DNA of 64,000 bases. It comes from an uncultured Chloroflexia bacterium (GTDB lineage Bacteria > Chloroflexota > Limnocylindria > Limnocylindrales > CSP1-4). Of this stretch, positions 14,370 to 25,200 are shown in pieces. How positions within the stretch are numbered: position 1 is the first letter of the stretch; each line of letters begins with the position of its first letter. Both the position numbers and the translations under genes were made by a program. The DNA is taken from NCBI GenBank assembly GCA_963741445.1, contig CAVUIE010000004.1, forward strand, positions 187,756-251,755, written 5' to 3'. The notes beneath the pieces were generated by a model. That model was given only the letters and a program-made list of their open reading frames with translations. It was not told where the DNA came from and searched no databases.

Positions 14370-14876
14370 TCAATCCCAGATGTCGACCAGCGGCAGGCCG
14401 GCGCGCGAGAGCGTCTCGTTGATCTCGGTGATGTGCGAGACGTCGTGGGCGAAGGAGCGCGAGATGACCTCGCCGCGGGTCTGGGCCTCGTCGTCGCCCC
14501 ATTCCTTGTGGCGGACCTTCTCGCCGAGCATCGCCGGGGTCCATCGGTCGAGCGCTCCCTCGACGATGCGGAACGTCGAGTCGAGCGCGACGACCAGGTC
14601 CGAGGCGCTGAGCACGTGCTCGAGGTCGTCGTCGCCCGGGCAGTCGTACGAGGCGTTCGTGAACGGCGTCGTCTCGGCGCCGGGCTCGCCGGCGACATCG
14701 CACAGCCCGAAGACCCGCTGGCAGGCGAGGTGGCCGATCGTCGCCCACAGCGGCCAGCGCTCCGGCGACGGCTGGATCGCCAGCTGGTCCTCGGTCAGCA
14801 CCGCGACCGCGTCGCGAAGCTGCCTGTTGTAGTGCGGCCACTTGGGGTAGGCGAGGCGGATCGTGGGCTCGGTCAT
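14370..14876 (-). CDS. DinB/YfiT-like (DinB_2) metal-dependent hydrolase/transferase family protein. The gene is intact.
   Basis: The 168-aa ORF has a DinB_2-like layout ('WPLWATIGHLACQRV...FAHDVSHITEINETLSRAGLPLVD'). Confidence 0.65.
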   Translation of the reverse strand: MTEPTIRLAYPKWPHYNRQLRDAVAVLTEDQLAIQPSPERWPLWATIGHLACQRVFGLCDVAGEPGAETTPFTNASYDCPGDDDLEHVLSASDLVVALDSTFRIVEGALDRWTPAMLGEKVRHKEWGDDEAQTRGEVISRSFAHDVSHITEINETLSRAGLPLVDIWD

Positions 14877-14906
14877 GACGTCAACGATACCGAAGGCATC
14901 GCCCTG

Positions 14907-15404
14907 TCAGGGATGGTCGAGCTCGGCCAGGACCTCGGCCATCTGCTCCAGATGTTCGCGCTCGTGCGCGGCCAGCCAGTCGCCGTAGAACTGGGCGGTC
15001 CGGTCGCGAGCCTCGCCGGTCGGCTCGGTCACCCTGGCCGCGCGCGCCCAGACCTCCGGCGACAGTGGCGCGATCACCTCGAGGAGATCGGCTCGTTGCG
15101 CCTTGAAGGCAGCGAATGCGGGCCCGAAGGCCCACCTCGGATAGTCGGTCCTGCGCATCCATGCCCGCGGGCTCAGGCGCCTCCACGACGGGGCGTCCTC
15201 GCGCAGGATCCTGAGGATGCTCCCGCCGAGGACGTCATGGCTGGCCCGGAGATGCGCGAGAAGGTCATTGACCGACCAGACATCGGGTCCGGGCGAGGCG
15301 TGCAGCCGCGCCGGCGCGACGCCATCGGTGAGCGCGGCGATCCGCGGCACGCTCGTCCGCAGGATGTCCAGGATCTCGTCGACCGGAAGGACGGGCTTCG
15401 CCAT
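14907..15404 (-). CDS. Second DinB_2-family protein (paralog). The real start is MAKPVLPV at 15404.
   Basis: 'MAKPVLPVDEILDILRTSVPRIAAL...LLAHLRASHDV...AHEREHLEQMAEVLAE' follows. The upstream extension in the ORF track ('GHWFESS') is just the translated tRNA. Confidence 0.65.
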   Translation of the reverse strand: MAKPVLPVDEILDILRTSVPRIAALTDGVAPARLHASPGPDVWSVNDLLAHLRASHDVLGGSILRILREDAPSWRRLSPRAWMRRTDYPRWAFGPAFAAFKAQRADLLEVIAPLSPEVWARAARVTEPTGEARDRTAQFYGDWLAAHEREHLEQMAEVLAELDHP

Positions 15405-15423
15405 GTCCGTGTCAGGAGGGGAG

Positions 15424-15500
15424 TGGTGGGCGATACTGGATTCGAACCAGTGACCTCGCGGATGTGAACCGCGCGCTCTAACCGACTGAGCCAATCGCCC
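15424..15500 (-). tRNA. tRNA-Val (anticodon CAC), with CCA encoded.
   Basis: The minus-strand sequence GGGCGATTGGCTCAGTCGGTTAGAGCGCGCGGTTCACATCCGCGAGGTCACTGGTTCGAATCCAGTATCGCCCACCA folds as a cloverleaf with the anticodon loop TTCACAT. Confidence 0.85.
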
Positions 15501-15545
15501 GAGGGGTCGCGACGCCGCACCGGGCGTCGGACGGGAACCGGCCGA

Positions 15546-15854
15546 TCATACCCGCAGGCCGGGCCAACGGGCAACGATCGCCTCCTGGTCGACCCCGGAC
15601 ACCACGATCATCTTCTGGCGGCTGGTCGCGCCCGCCACGATGCGGACGTCGGAATGGGCCACGTCCAGCTCGTCGGCGAGCAGCCGCACGAGGGCGTGGT
15701 TGGCGGCGCCTTCCACGGCGGGAGCGGTCACCCTGGCCTTCAGGACGCCATCGAGGACGCCGTCGACCCGGTCGGTCACGGCGCGCGGGGTCAGACGGAC
15801 GGTGAAACGGACGTCGGGATGGTGCAACGTCTCCACGCGATCACGACCCGGCAT
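15546..15854 (-). CDS. yggU: DUF167/YggU-family small protein.
   Basis: 'MPGRDRVETLHHPDVRFTVRLTPRAVTDRVDGVLDGVLKARVTAPAVEGAANHALVRLLADEL...' matches the UPF0235 pattern. Confidence 0.55.
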   Translation of the reverse strand: MPGRDRVETLHHPDVRFTVRLTPRAVTDRVDGVLDGVLKARVTAPAVEGAANHALVRLLADELDVAHSDVRIVAGATSRQKMIVVSGVDQEAIVARWPGLRV

Positions 15855-15922
15855 CGGCCCGGGCGCGGCTGGGGGTGTCCCGAGTCTAGCAGCCTCGTTC
15901 CGTGGCGCATGCGATGGCGGGC

Positions 15923-16650
15923 TCAGTGCTCGTGCGCCGGCTCGTCCGGGGCGTGGTGGTGCGGCCGCTCGCCGAAGATCGCGCGACCGACCCGGACGAT
16001 CGTGGCGCCCTCCTCGATCGCGAGCTCGAAGTCGTCGGACATGCCCATCGACAGCTCCGGTCCGAGCGCCGGCCAGCGGGAGCGCAGCCCCTCCCCCAGC
16101 ACGCGCAGGCCGGTGAAGGTCGCCCGCGCGTCGGCCGGATCGGTCGCCAGCCGCCCGACCGTCATCAGGCCGCGGACCTCGAGGTTCGGCAGCGTCGAGC
16201 AGCGCCGGCAGCGCCGCCTCGACGGCGTCGGGCGCGAAGCCGGCCTTCGCCGGGTCGGCGTCGACGTTGACCTGGACCAGCACGGGGTAGCGGGCACCCG
16301 GCCGGACCTCGGCGGCCAGCCGGTCGAGGCGCTCGCCGAGCGCGACCGAGTCCACCGTCTGGATCGCGTCGAAGACCTCGAGCGCGCGCCGCGCCTTGTT
16401 CGACTGCAGCGGGCCGACGAGCTGCCACGACGCGCCCGGGCACCTCGGGCGCCTTCGCCTCGCCCTCCTGGACGCGGTTCTCGCCGAGCATCGTCGAGCC
16501 CGGCCGCGACCGCGGCCCGCAGCCGGGCGGCGTCCACGGTCTTGGAGACGGCGATCAGGGTCACGTCGGCCGGGTCGCGCCCGGCCCGCGCGCAGGCGTC
16601 GGCGATGCGCTCGAGGACGCGCGCTCGCGCGCTGGGCCAGGTGCGTCGAT
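15923..16650 (-). CDS. yggS: PLP-homeostasis protein YggS/YlmE (alanine-racemase-fold PLP-binding), with several frameshifts.
   Basis: Fragments lie in three frames. They include '[28 protein letters not shown]', 'GENRVQE' and '[23 protein letters not shown]...[28 protein letters not shown]'. Confidence 0.7.
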
Positions 16651-16684
16651 CTGGTCGTGATCCGGTGGCGTCACCACCGGCGGC

Positions 16685-17920
16685 TACTTCCGGCGGAGGA
16701 AGCTGGGGATCTCCAGGTCGTCCGCGTCGTAGGTCGGGGCGCGCTTGACGGGCGCCGGCTCGCCGACCGACCGCTCGGAGCGGGTCGCCGCGACCGCGGC
16801 GACCTCCGGCTCGTGGCCGGTGCCCGCGCCGCCGTCGATGGCGCCGTCGAGGATCTCGTCGCGCTGGCGCTGGAGCTCCTCGAGGAAGTCGCGCTCGCGC
16901 GGCTGGCGCGATCGATGCCGACGTGTCCATGACCCCGGTCGCCTCGCGGGCGCTCGTGTGGCGCTTGCGGCCGCCGTCGAAGCCGGTCGCGATGACCGTG
17001 ACCATGACCTCCTCGCCCAGCCGCTCGTTGAAGCTGGTGCCGAAGATGATGTTGGCCTCCGGGTCGGCGGCCTCCTTGATCGCCTCGGCGGCCTCCTGGA
17101 CCTCGAAGAGCGACAGGTTCGCGGAGCCGGTGATGTTCCAGAGGATGCCCTGGGCGCCGTTGATGTCGAGCTCGAGGAGCGGGCTGGCGATGGCCATCCG
17201 CGCGGCCTCGACGGCGCGGTTCTCGCCGCTCGCCCGGCCGATGCCCATGAGCGCGGAGCCCGCGTCCTTCATGATCGCGCGGACGTCGGCGAAGTCCTGG
17301 TTGATGAGCCCGGGCACCGTGATGATGTCGCTGATGCCCTGGACGCCCTGGCGCAGCACGTCGTCGACGACGCGGAAGGCGTCGAGGATGCTGGTGTTCT
17401 TCTGGACGACGTCCTTGAGCCGGTCGTTGGGGATCGTGATCAGCGCGTCGACCTGGCTCTTGAGCTCCTCGGCCGCCTTCTCGGCGACGAGCTTGCGCTT
17501 GTTGCCCTCGAACGCGAACGGCTTGGTGACGACGCCGATGGTGAGCGCGCCGCCCTCCTTGGCGATCTGCGCGACGACCGGCGCGGCCCCGGAACCGGTC
17601 CCACCGCCGAGCCCCGCGGTGATGAAGACCATGTCCGAATCGGCGAGCGCCTGGGCGATCTTCTCGGAGTCCTCCTCGGCCGACCGCTGCCCGATCGACG
17701 AGTCGCCGCCGGCGCCGAGCCCGCGGGTGACCTTGTCGCCGATGCGGATCTTGTGCGGCGCGTCGGACTGGAGGAGCGCCTGCGAATCCGTGTTGCAGGC
17801 GATGAACTCGACGCCCATCATCTCGGCGCGGATCATCCGGTTGACGGCGTTGCTCCCGCCACCCCCGACCCCGATGACGCGGATCAGCGCGAAGTTCTCG
17901 GAGTCGGAGCGCAACGTCAT
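16685..17920 (-). CDS. ftsZ: Cell division GTPase FtsZ, with at least one frameshift near 16900.
   Basis: The N-terminus and tubulin signature read '[29 protein letters not shown]...[15 protein letters not shown]'. The true C-terminus '...[12 protein letters not shown]' is in another frame. Confidence 0.9.
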
Positions 17921-18137
17921 CGGTCATCCTCCAGACGCCCCTCGGCAGGCGTCGATGCGTCGGTCGGCCGGACCCTGATGACTCCTGGGGCAGAGCCGGG
18001 GTCCTGTGGATAAGCCCGGAGTATAGCGCCGACCCCGCGGATGCCGACAAGCCTCCTTCGAGCGTCCCGGACGCCGGGAGGCGAGGCTCCGGTGCGGCCC
18101 GGCACCGCCGGGCGCGGCGTGGCCCGGCCGGCCCGCC

Positions 18138-19380
18138 CTAGGGGAAGACGCTCCGCAGGGCCTCGCGGAGGCGGCCCAGCCCGCCGCCGCCGGGCGCGGA
18201 CTCGTAGCGCAGCGGCTCGCCCGAGCTGAGGCTGATGGCGCCCCACTGGAGGAGCCCGACCGCCGTGCTGTACGACGGGTTGAGCAGGGTGTCGACGAGG
18301 CCGGCGATGCCCGCCGGCGCGGCGACGCGGACCGGCATCTGGAGCACGCTCCGGCCGAGCTCCGCGGCGCCCGCGAGCTGGGCCGCGCCGCCGGTCAGGA
18401 TGACCCCGGCCGGCAGCATCCCGACGCCCGCGGCGCGGATCTCGTTGCCGAGCAGCTCGAAGGTCTCGCGCATCCGCGCCTCGATGATCTGGCAGACCTC
18501 GAGCCGGCTCACGGTCCGCCCGGCGTCCTCGCCGAGGACCGAGACGCTGATCTCCTCGTCGTCGGCCTCCTCGACCGCGCGCAGGTCCGCGGTGCCGTGG
18601 CGGATCTTCAGCTCCTCGGCGACCTGGAGGCTGGTCTTGAGCCCGATCGCGACGTCGTTGGTGACGTTGTTGCCGCCGACCGGCAGGACGCGCGTGTGGA
18701 AGGGCGAGCCCTCCTGGAAGAGCGCCAGGTCGATGGTGCCGGCACCGATGTCGGCGACCGCGACGCCCAGCTCCTTCTCGGTCTCGGACAGGACGGCCTC
18801 GGCGGACGCCAGCGAATCGGCGACGAGCTCGTCGATCTTCGACGCCGGCCGCGGACACGCACTTGGTCAGGTTCTGGACGGCCGTGGCGGACGCGGTGAC
18901 GATGTGGGTCTCGACCTCGAGCCGCAGCGCGCTCATCCCGAGCGGGTCCTTGACGCCCTCCTGGCCGTCGACCGTGAAGCCGCGCCGCTCGACGTGGAGG
19001 ACCTCGCGGTTGGACGGGATCGAGACCGCGCGGGCGACCTCGATGGCGCGGTTGACGTCCTCGCGGGTGACCTCGCGATGGTGCGCGGTGACCGCGACCT
19101 GGCCGGGCGAGTTGATGCTCTCGACGTGCTGGCCGCCGACGCCGACGAAGGCGCGGTCGATCTTCCAGCCCGACAGGCGCTCGGCCCGCTCGACCGCGTC
19201 CGCGATGGAGCGGATGGTCTGGTCGATGTTGATGACCACGCCCTTCTTGAGGCCGGAGGCGGGAACGGTGCCGTGGCCCATGATCGTCAGCCGGCCGTCG
19301 CGGCTCACCTCGCCGATGAGCGCGCAGACCTTGCTGGTGCCGACGTCGATGCCGACGAGGACCGCTTCCCGTTCCACCAT
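18138..19380 (-). CDS. ftsA: Cell division protein FtsA, with frameshifts.
   Basis: The N-terminus is 'MVEREAVLVGIDVGTSKVCALIGEV...'. The C-terminus '...LTGGAAQLAGAAELGRSVLQMPVRVAAPAGIAGL...' is in another frame. Confidence 0.85.
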
Positions 19381-19411
19381 CTTGTCCGTCTCTCCCGTCC
19401 GTGCTGTCGAT

Positions 19412-19735
19412 CTAGAGGAAGTGTCGCCGGATGAGCGCCACGTTGTTGAAGATGCGCAGGCCGAAGGTGATGAGCGCTACGAGGTAGAGATCCAGGCCGA
19501 GCCGGTCGCCGACGAAGGTGAGGAGCACGGCGATGATCGCATTGACCAGGAACCCGCTGACGAAGATTCGATTGTCGTAGACCCCGTCGAGCTCTGCACG
19601 GACCGCCCCGAGCACCGAGTCCAGGGCGGCGAGGATCGCCACCGCAGAGTAGCGGCTGAGCTCGAAGCTGACGTTGACGTTGAGGACGAGGCCCGCAAGG
19701 ACGCCCACGAGGAGCCCGAGCAGGGGAAGCAGCAC
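19412..19735 (-). CDS. sbp: Small basic membrane protein Sbp/YlxX-like (DUF1290).
   Basis: It is a 107-aa ORF with two hydrophobic helices, lying between ftsQ and ftsA as in Bacillus dcw clusters. Confidence 0.45.
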   Translation of the reverse strand: MLLPLLGLLVGVLAGLVLNVNVSFELSRYSAVAILAALDSVLGAVRAELDGVYDNRIFVSGFLVNAIIAVLLTFVGDRLGLDLYLVALITFGLRIFNNVALIRRHFL

Positions 19736-19825
19736 GCTGTCGTCGCCCTCGATCCGGTGGGTTTCGGCAAGGCTACCCGACCGCCAGCGGGCGCGGCAAC
19801 CGTCCGCGCAGGCGAGGCCGGCGCC

Positions 19826-20746
19826 TCACCCGGGCGCCGAGGGGCTGGCGACGGCTTGGCGTGGCCGACGTGGGCTGCGTGGCTCGGACGGGGGCTTCGG
19901 GCGGGTCGGGGTCGGCTTCGGGACGTAGGTGCCCTCCGTGCCGGAGGCGAGGATCACCCGCTCGACCGTGTCCTCGCGCCCGGCGAGCAGGCTGCGCAGC
20001 AGGCGGACCTGCTCCGGGATGAGGTCCGGGGTGCGGATCGTCGGGGTGTAGATGCCGAAGACCGCGGTCCAGCCGCTCGGATCGGAGCGGACGAGGAAGC
20101 CGTTCTCGTCGGTGAGGACGATCGACAGTCCCGTCGCCTGGCTGCCCACGTCGGCGGGGACCAGCGAGGCCAGCCGCGTCGCGGCGTCGAGATCGACGGG
20201 GTCGAGGGTGCTGCCCGCGATCAGCCCGGCCGATGCGGACCGCCGGTCGTCCACGACCGGCAGCCCGGCCGTGGCCGCGCCGGGCACGTCCGGCAGCTCG
20301 GCGAAGAGCTTGCCGTCGGCGTCGACGAGGAACTGCAGGTCGCCGACCTTCCAGATCAGGATCGGCTCGCGCTCCTCGAGGGTCACGGCCAGGGTGTCGG
20401 GGAACTCGACGCCGATCCGGGCGCGCTCGACCGTCGGCAGGCGCTCCAGCTCCGCCTCGAGCGGGTCGGTCGAGATGCGGAACAGGTTCTGGCCGCGGGC
20501 GCCGGCGATGGCGGCCTCGACCGCCGCGGGATCCGTCCAGACGGGCGTCGCCGTGAGCCGGACGCGGGCGTAGTCGAAGGCGCTCGACGACGAGACGCCG
20601 TAGAGCGCGCCGAGGCTGGCGAGCATGACGAGCGCCGCGCCGGCGCGGATCGGCGTGAGGCGCGCCGACGACGCGCGCCGGACGCGGGGTGTCCGGCGAC
20701 CCGGCCCCAGCGGTGTCTGGCGGCGGGTCGGCGGACGGAGGCTCAT
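19826..20746 (-). CDS. ftsQ: Cell division protein FtsQ/DivIB.
   Basis: A basic N-terminus is followed by a TM helix and a POTRA-like region ('RVRLTATPVWTDPAAVEAAIA...NLFRISTDPLEAEL'). Confidence 0.75.
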   Translation of the reverse strand: MSLRPPTRRQTPLGPGRRTPRVRRASSARLTPIRAGAALVMLASLGALYGVSSSSAFDYARVRLTATPVWTDPAAVEAAIAGARGQNLFRISTDPLEAELERLPTVERARIGVEFPDTLAVTLEEREPILIWKVGDLQFLVDADGKLFAELPDVPGAATAGLPVVDDRRSASAGLIAGSTLDPVDLDAATRLASLVPADVGSQATGLSIVLTDENGFLVRSDPSGWTAVFGIYTPTIRTPDLIPEQVRLLRSLLAGREDTVERVILASGTEGTYVPKPTPTRPKPPSEPRSPRRPRQAVASPSAPG

Positions 20747-20749
20747 CGC

Positions 20750-21862
20750 GGCAGGTCCGCTCCGGTGAGGCGGCCGGTGACGCGCAGCGGCCGCGCGGTC
20801 GCGCGCGAGCTCGACGACCCGCTCGCAGACGTCCGCGAACGCGTAGCCCGCCGGCGGACGGCATCGTCGGGAAGAGGCTGATCGGGGTGAAGCCCGGGAT
20901 GGTGTTGATCTCCGAGACGACGATCCGCTCGCCCGCGACCAGGAAGTCGACCCGGGCGAAGCCCTCGCAGCCGATCGCCCGGTAGGTGTCGCGCGCGAGC
21001 TTGAGGATCGTCGCCTTCTGGGCGGGGCTCACCTCGGCCGCGGTCGACGTCTCGGACAGGCCCGGCGTGTACTTGGCGGCGTAGTCGTAGAACTCGTGGC
21101 CGGAGATGATCTCGCCGGGCCCGTACAGCTCGAGCGCGTCGTTGCCGAGGATCGCGACCTCGAGGTCGCGCGCGCCGGCGAGGTAGGTCTCGACGAGGGC
21201 GTGGGTGTCGTAGCGGAACGCGAGGTCCAGCGCGGCCGGCAGCTCCGCCAGGTCGTGGACGAGGGTCATGCCGACCGACGACCCGAGCCCCGACGGCTTG
21301 ACCATCAGGCGCGGGTCGTCGGCGCCGGCGGCGAACGCGGCGAGCTCGGTCGTGACGGCGTCCGGGTCGTCCCGCCAGCGGGCCGCGCTGACCTCGCGCC
21401 AGTCGACGACCGGCAGGCCCAGGCCGCGGCACATCCGCTTGAACAGCCGCTTGTCCATGCCGAGCGCCGAGGCCGCGACGCCGGCGCCCGTGTAGGTCAG
21501 GCCGGCCGCCCCGAGCATCGCCTGGACCGTGCCGTCCTCGCCGAACGGCCCGTGGAGCGCGATGAAGACCACGGGCGGCGGGTCCGCGGCGGCCAGCCGG
21601 TCGATCGCCGCGCCCGCGGTCAGCGGGCCGTCGGCGCCGAGCCCACGCGGGTCGTCGTAGGCCGCCGCGGGCCGGTCGCCGCGGGCATGGTCGAGCGGCA
21701 GCCACCACCAGCCGCCGTCGAGGTCGATCAGCACCTGGCGCACCGGGTGGCCGAGGCCGGCGAGCGCATCGGCGACGGCCGTGCCGGACACGACCGACAC
21801 GTCGTGCTCGGCCGACGGGCCGCCGAGCAGGACCACGACCGGGACCCGTGGGTCGCTCACGA
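20750..21862 (-). CDS. ddl: D-alanine--D-alanine ligase, with a frameshift near the C-terminus.
   Basis: 'VSDPRVPVVVLLGGPSAEHDVSVVSG...MVKPSGLGSSVGMT...EINTIPGFTPISLFP' carries ATP-grasp Ddl signatures. Confidence 0.85.
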
Positions 21863-22812
21863 TGCCGGCTCCCAGTCGCGCCAGTCGCCGACGAACTCGA
21901 TCTCGGGCTCGAGCGTGACCCCGGCGCGCTCGGCGACGACCGCCCGGACGTGCTCGGCGAGGCGGCGGACGTCGGCCGCGGTGCCGCGCTGGTCGTTGAC
22001 GATGAAGTTCGCGTGCTTCTCGGACACGGCGGCCCCGCCGATCCGGGTGCCCTTCAGCCCGGCGGCCTCGATCAGGCGTCCGGCCGAATCGCCCGGCGGG
22101 TTGCGGAACACGCTCCCGGCCGACGGGATCCCCAGCGGCTGGTGGGTCCGGCGCCACGTCCGGATCTCGTCGAGGCTGGCGGCGATCGCCGCGGGGTCGG
22201 CCGGCGCCAGGTGGAAGGTCGCGTCCATCACCAGCTCCGGCGGCGCGCCGTCCGCGACGTGCTTGAAGCGGCTGTCGCGGTACGCGAACCCGAGGTCGGC
22301 GACGTCGAGCGAGCCCTCCGTGCCGTCCGCGGCCAGCACGCTCGCCGACTCGATGACGCCGGCGATGTCGCCGTCGTGCGCCCCGGCGTTGGCCCAGACC
22401 GCGCCACCGACCGTGCCCGGGATGGCCAGGCCGAACTCGAGGCCGGTCAGGCCGGCCTTCTGGGCCTCGGTCGCCGCGCGGGCCATCTGGACGCCCGCCT
22501 CGGCCACCAGCCGCTCCCCGTCGATGCGGATGCCCTCGGCGCGGACCTGGATGACCAGGCCGCGGATCCCGGCGTCGGCGATGACCAGGTCGCTCCCCCG
22601 CCCCAGCAGGAAGTGCGGCAGGTCGCGGCTGCGCGCGAACTGGACGAGCTTGCGCAGCTCGAACCGGTTGTGCGGCGTGACGAAGAGGTCGGCAGGCCCG
22701 CCGACGCGCATCGTCGTGAACCGCCCGAGCGGCTCGTCGCGCGACGTCTTGACCCCGATCCGCCGCTGGATCTCGGTGCCGATCGCGATGGCGTCGAACG
22801 CGGCGATCACGG
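21857..22812 (-). CDS. murB: UDP-N-acetylenolpyruvoylglucosamine reductase MurB.
   Basis: '...GVKTSRDEPLGRFTTMRVGGPADLFVTPHNRFELRKLVQFA...' places the FAD-binding domain and MurB C-terminus in one frame. Confidence 0.85.
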
Positions 22813-23968
22813 CGCCACCCCGCGCGAGACCCGGTCGATGGCGTCGCGGTCCGGCAGCGGCCGGCGCTCGCCGGCGGCCATCACGAGCTCGGCGACCGCG
22901 TCGGCGGCCGCCGGCCGGCCGAGCGCGCGGGCGGCGGCCGACATCGCGAGGTGGCGCGCCGGGTCGTCGAGGATCGCCGCGGCCTCGACGAGCGCGTCGG
23001 CGTCGAACGCCTCGTCCTCGATCAGGCGGGCGGCCCCGGCGTCCACGAGGACGCGCGCGTTGGCGCGCTGGTGGCCCGCGGCGTGGGGGTACGGGACGAC
23101 GATCATCGGCACGCCGAGCGCGGCGACCTCCGCGAGGGTCGAGGAGCCGGCGCGCCCGACCACGAGGTCCGCGGTCGCGAGCGCCGCCAGCATGTCGTCG
23201 CGCAGGAACGGATACGGCCGGTAGCGGGCGCGCAGGTCGGCCGGCAGCGCCTCCCGGTCCGCGAGCGCCGCGGCGTACGCCTCGTCGCCGGTCACGTGGA
23301 TCACCGTGACGCGCTCGACGAGCCGCCCGATCGCGCCCGCGACCGCGGCGTTGAAGCGGCGGACCGCCTGCGAGCCGCCGAAGACCAGGAGGACGCGCTC
23401 GCCGCCGGGCACGTCCAGGCGCGCTCGCGGCGGCCTCGCGGTCCACCTCGCGGGTGTCGCGGATGGGCGTCCCGGTGAGGTAGCACGGCACCTTCGGCGC
23501 CGCGTCGTGGAGCGCGGTGCAGGTCGCCTCGAACGAGACGGCCAGCGCCGTGGCGAGGCGGGCCGTCGCCCGGACCGAGCGGCCGGGGATCACGTTGCCG
23601 TCCCACATGACCACCGGGATGCGCAGCGGGGCCGCGGCCATCAGCACCGGGATCGCCACGTAGCCGCCGGTCGTGAAGATGACCGCTGGGCGCTCGGCGG
23701 CGAGCATCGCGGCCGCCTGCGGCACCGAGACGCCGAGCCGGATCGGGTCGAGGACGACATGGACGTCGCGCGCGGAGGTGCGCAGGGACCGGGCCGCGAG
23801 CCGGCGCATCGGGATGCCCGACGGCGGGACGAGGGTCGCTTCGAGCCCGCGGTGGCCACCCAGCCAGCGCAGCTCAGGAGCGTCCGGACGGCCGCGCAGA
23901 GACCGGGCGACGGCCAGCGCCGGGTAGATGTGTCCGCCCGTCCCCCCGGCGACGATCAGCGATCGCAT
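22807..23968 (-). CDS. murG: Undecaprenyldiphospho-muramoylpentapeptide beta-N-acetylglucosaminyltransferase MurG, with a frameshift in mid-gene.
   Basis: The N-terminus is 'MRSLIVAGGTGGHIYPALAVARSL'. The C-terminal half '...GVPMIVVPYPHAAGHQRANARVLVDAGAARLIED' is in a second frame. Confidence 0.85.
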
Positions 23969-23971
23969 CGT

Positions 23972-25200
23972 CGTTCCACGTCCCCTTTTCGACGGTCTCG
24001 CGCGAGATCGAGAGCAGGATCCCGACCGCGGCGAAGCTGATGATGAGCGATGAGCCGCCGGCGCTCACGAACGGCAGGGTGATGCCGGTGATCGGGAAGA
24101 GCGCGACCACCACCCCGATGTTGATGAAGGCCTGGATGCACAGCCACGCGGTGATGCCCGCGGCGAGGAGCGCCCCGAAGGTATCAGGCGCGGCCAGCGC
24201 CACCCGCATCCCCGAGTACGCGAGCGCGAGGAAGAGGACCACGACGATGCCGGCCCCCAGCAGGCCGAACTCCTGGCCGACCTCGGCGAAGACGAAGTCG
24301 TTGAAGGCGTTGGGCACCGAGACGACGCTCGCCCCGAGGCCCGTCCCGAGCAGCCCGCCGACGCCGAGCGCGAGCAGGCCCTGGATCGTGTGGAAGCCGG
24401 TGCCCGAGCTGGTCGGACCAGGGGTCCAGCCAGGAGCGGATCCGCGTCCATCTGGTAGCCGCGCAGGCCGGCGAAGATCACCACGGGGAGCGCCGCCACG
24501 ACCATCGCCCCGAGATGGACGAGGTTGGCGCCGGCCACGAAGAACATCGTCATGGCGGTCAGGCCGATGACCATGGTGGTGCCGAGGTCGGGCTCCTTGA
24601 AGACCAGCACCACGATCGGGGCGACGATGATCATGAACGCGAGCGTGCCGCCCCAGAACCCGCGGACCCTGGTCCCGCGCTTGGCGAACCAGTGGGCGAG
24701 ATAGACGACCATCGCCAGCTTCGCGATCTCGGCCGGGTGGATCGCCGGCAGGAGCGGCAGCTCGAGCCAGCGGGCCGAGCCGCCGACGACGCGGTTGAAC
24801 TGCGGGACGAACACGAGGATGAGCAGCGCGACGGCGACGATGTAGAACGGCACCGAGACGAGCCGGAGGTAGCGGTAGTCGACCTTCATCATCACGACCA
24901 TCGCGAGGATGCCGAGGACCGCCCACTGGATCTGCGGGCCGACGGTGGCGAACGTGTCCTCGTTCGAGAGGTAGCCGCGGATCGCCGACGACGAGTAGAC
25001 CATCAGGATGCCGATCGCGGTGAGCGCGACGACCACGACGAGGATCACGTAGTCGGCCTGGTGGCGCTCGCGCTGGACGACCGACCCGTGGTCCGCGTGC
25101 GGGCCGGCTGGCGGTTCGCGGTCTTGCGCTGCTCCTCGGGCGTGAGCTCGCGCTCGCGGCCGGGGAGACCCAGGCGCGGGATCGGCGGGGCGAGGTTCAT
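23972..25200 (-). CDS. ftsW: Lipid II flippase/peptidoglycan polymerase FtsW (SEDS family), with frameshifts.
   Basis: '[26 protein letters not shown]...' is followed by SEDS-type TM segments ('...VGGSARWLELPLLPAIHPAEIAKLAMVVYLAHWF'). Confidence 0.85.

Noticed and set aside
15405-15494. The N-terminal extension 'MAQSVRARGSHPRGHWFESSIAHH...' on the second DinB gene in the ORF track.
   Set aside because: It is simply the tRNA-Val gene translated ('GHWFESS' corresponds to GGTTCGAATCC). The real start is the MAKPVLPV ATG at 15404.
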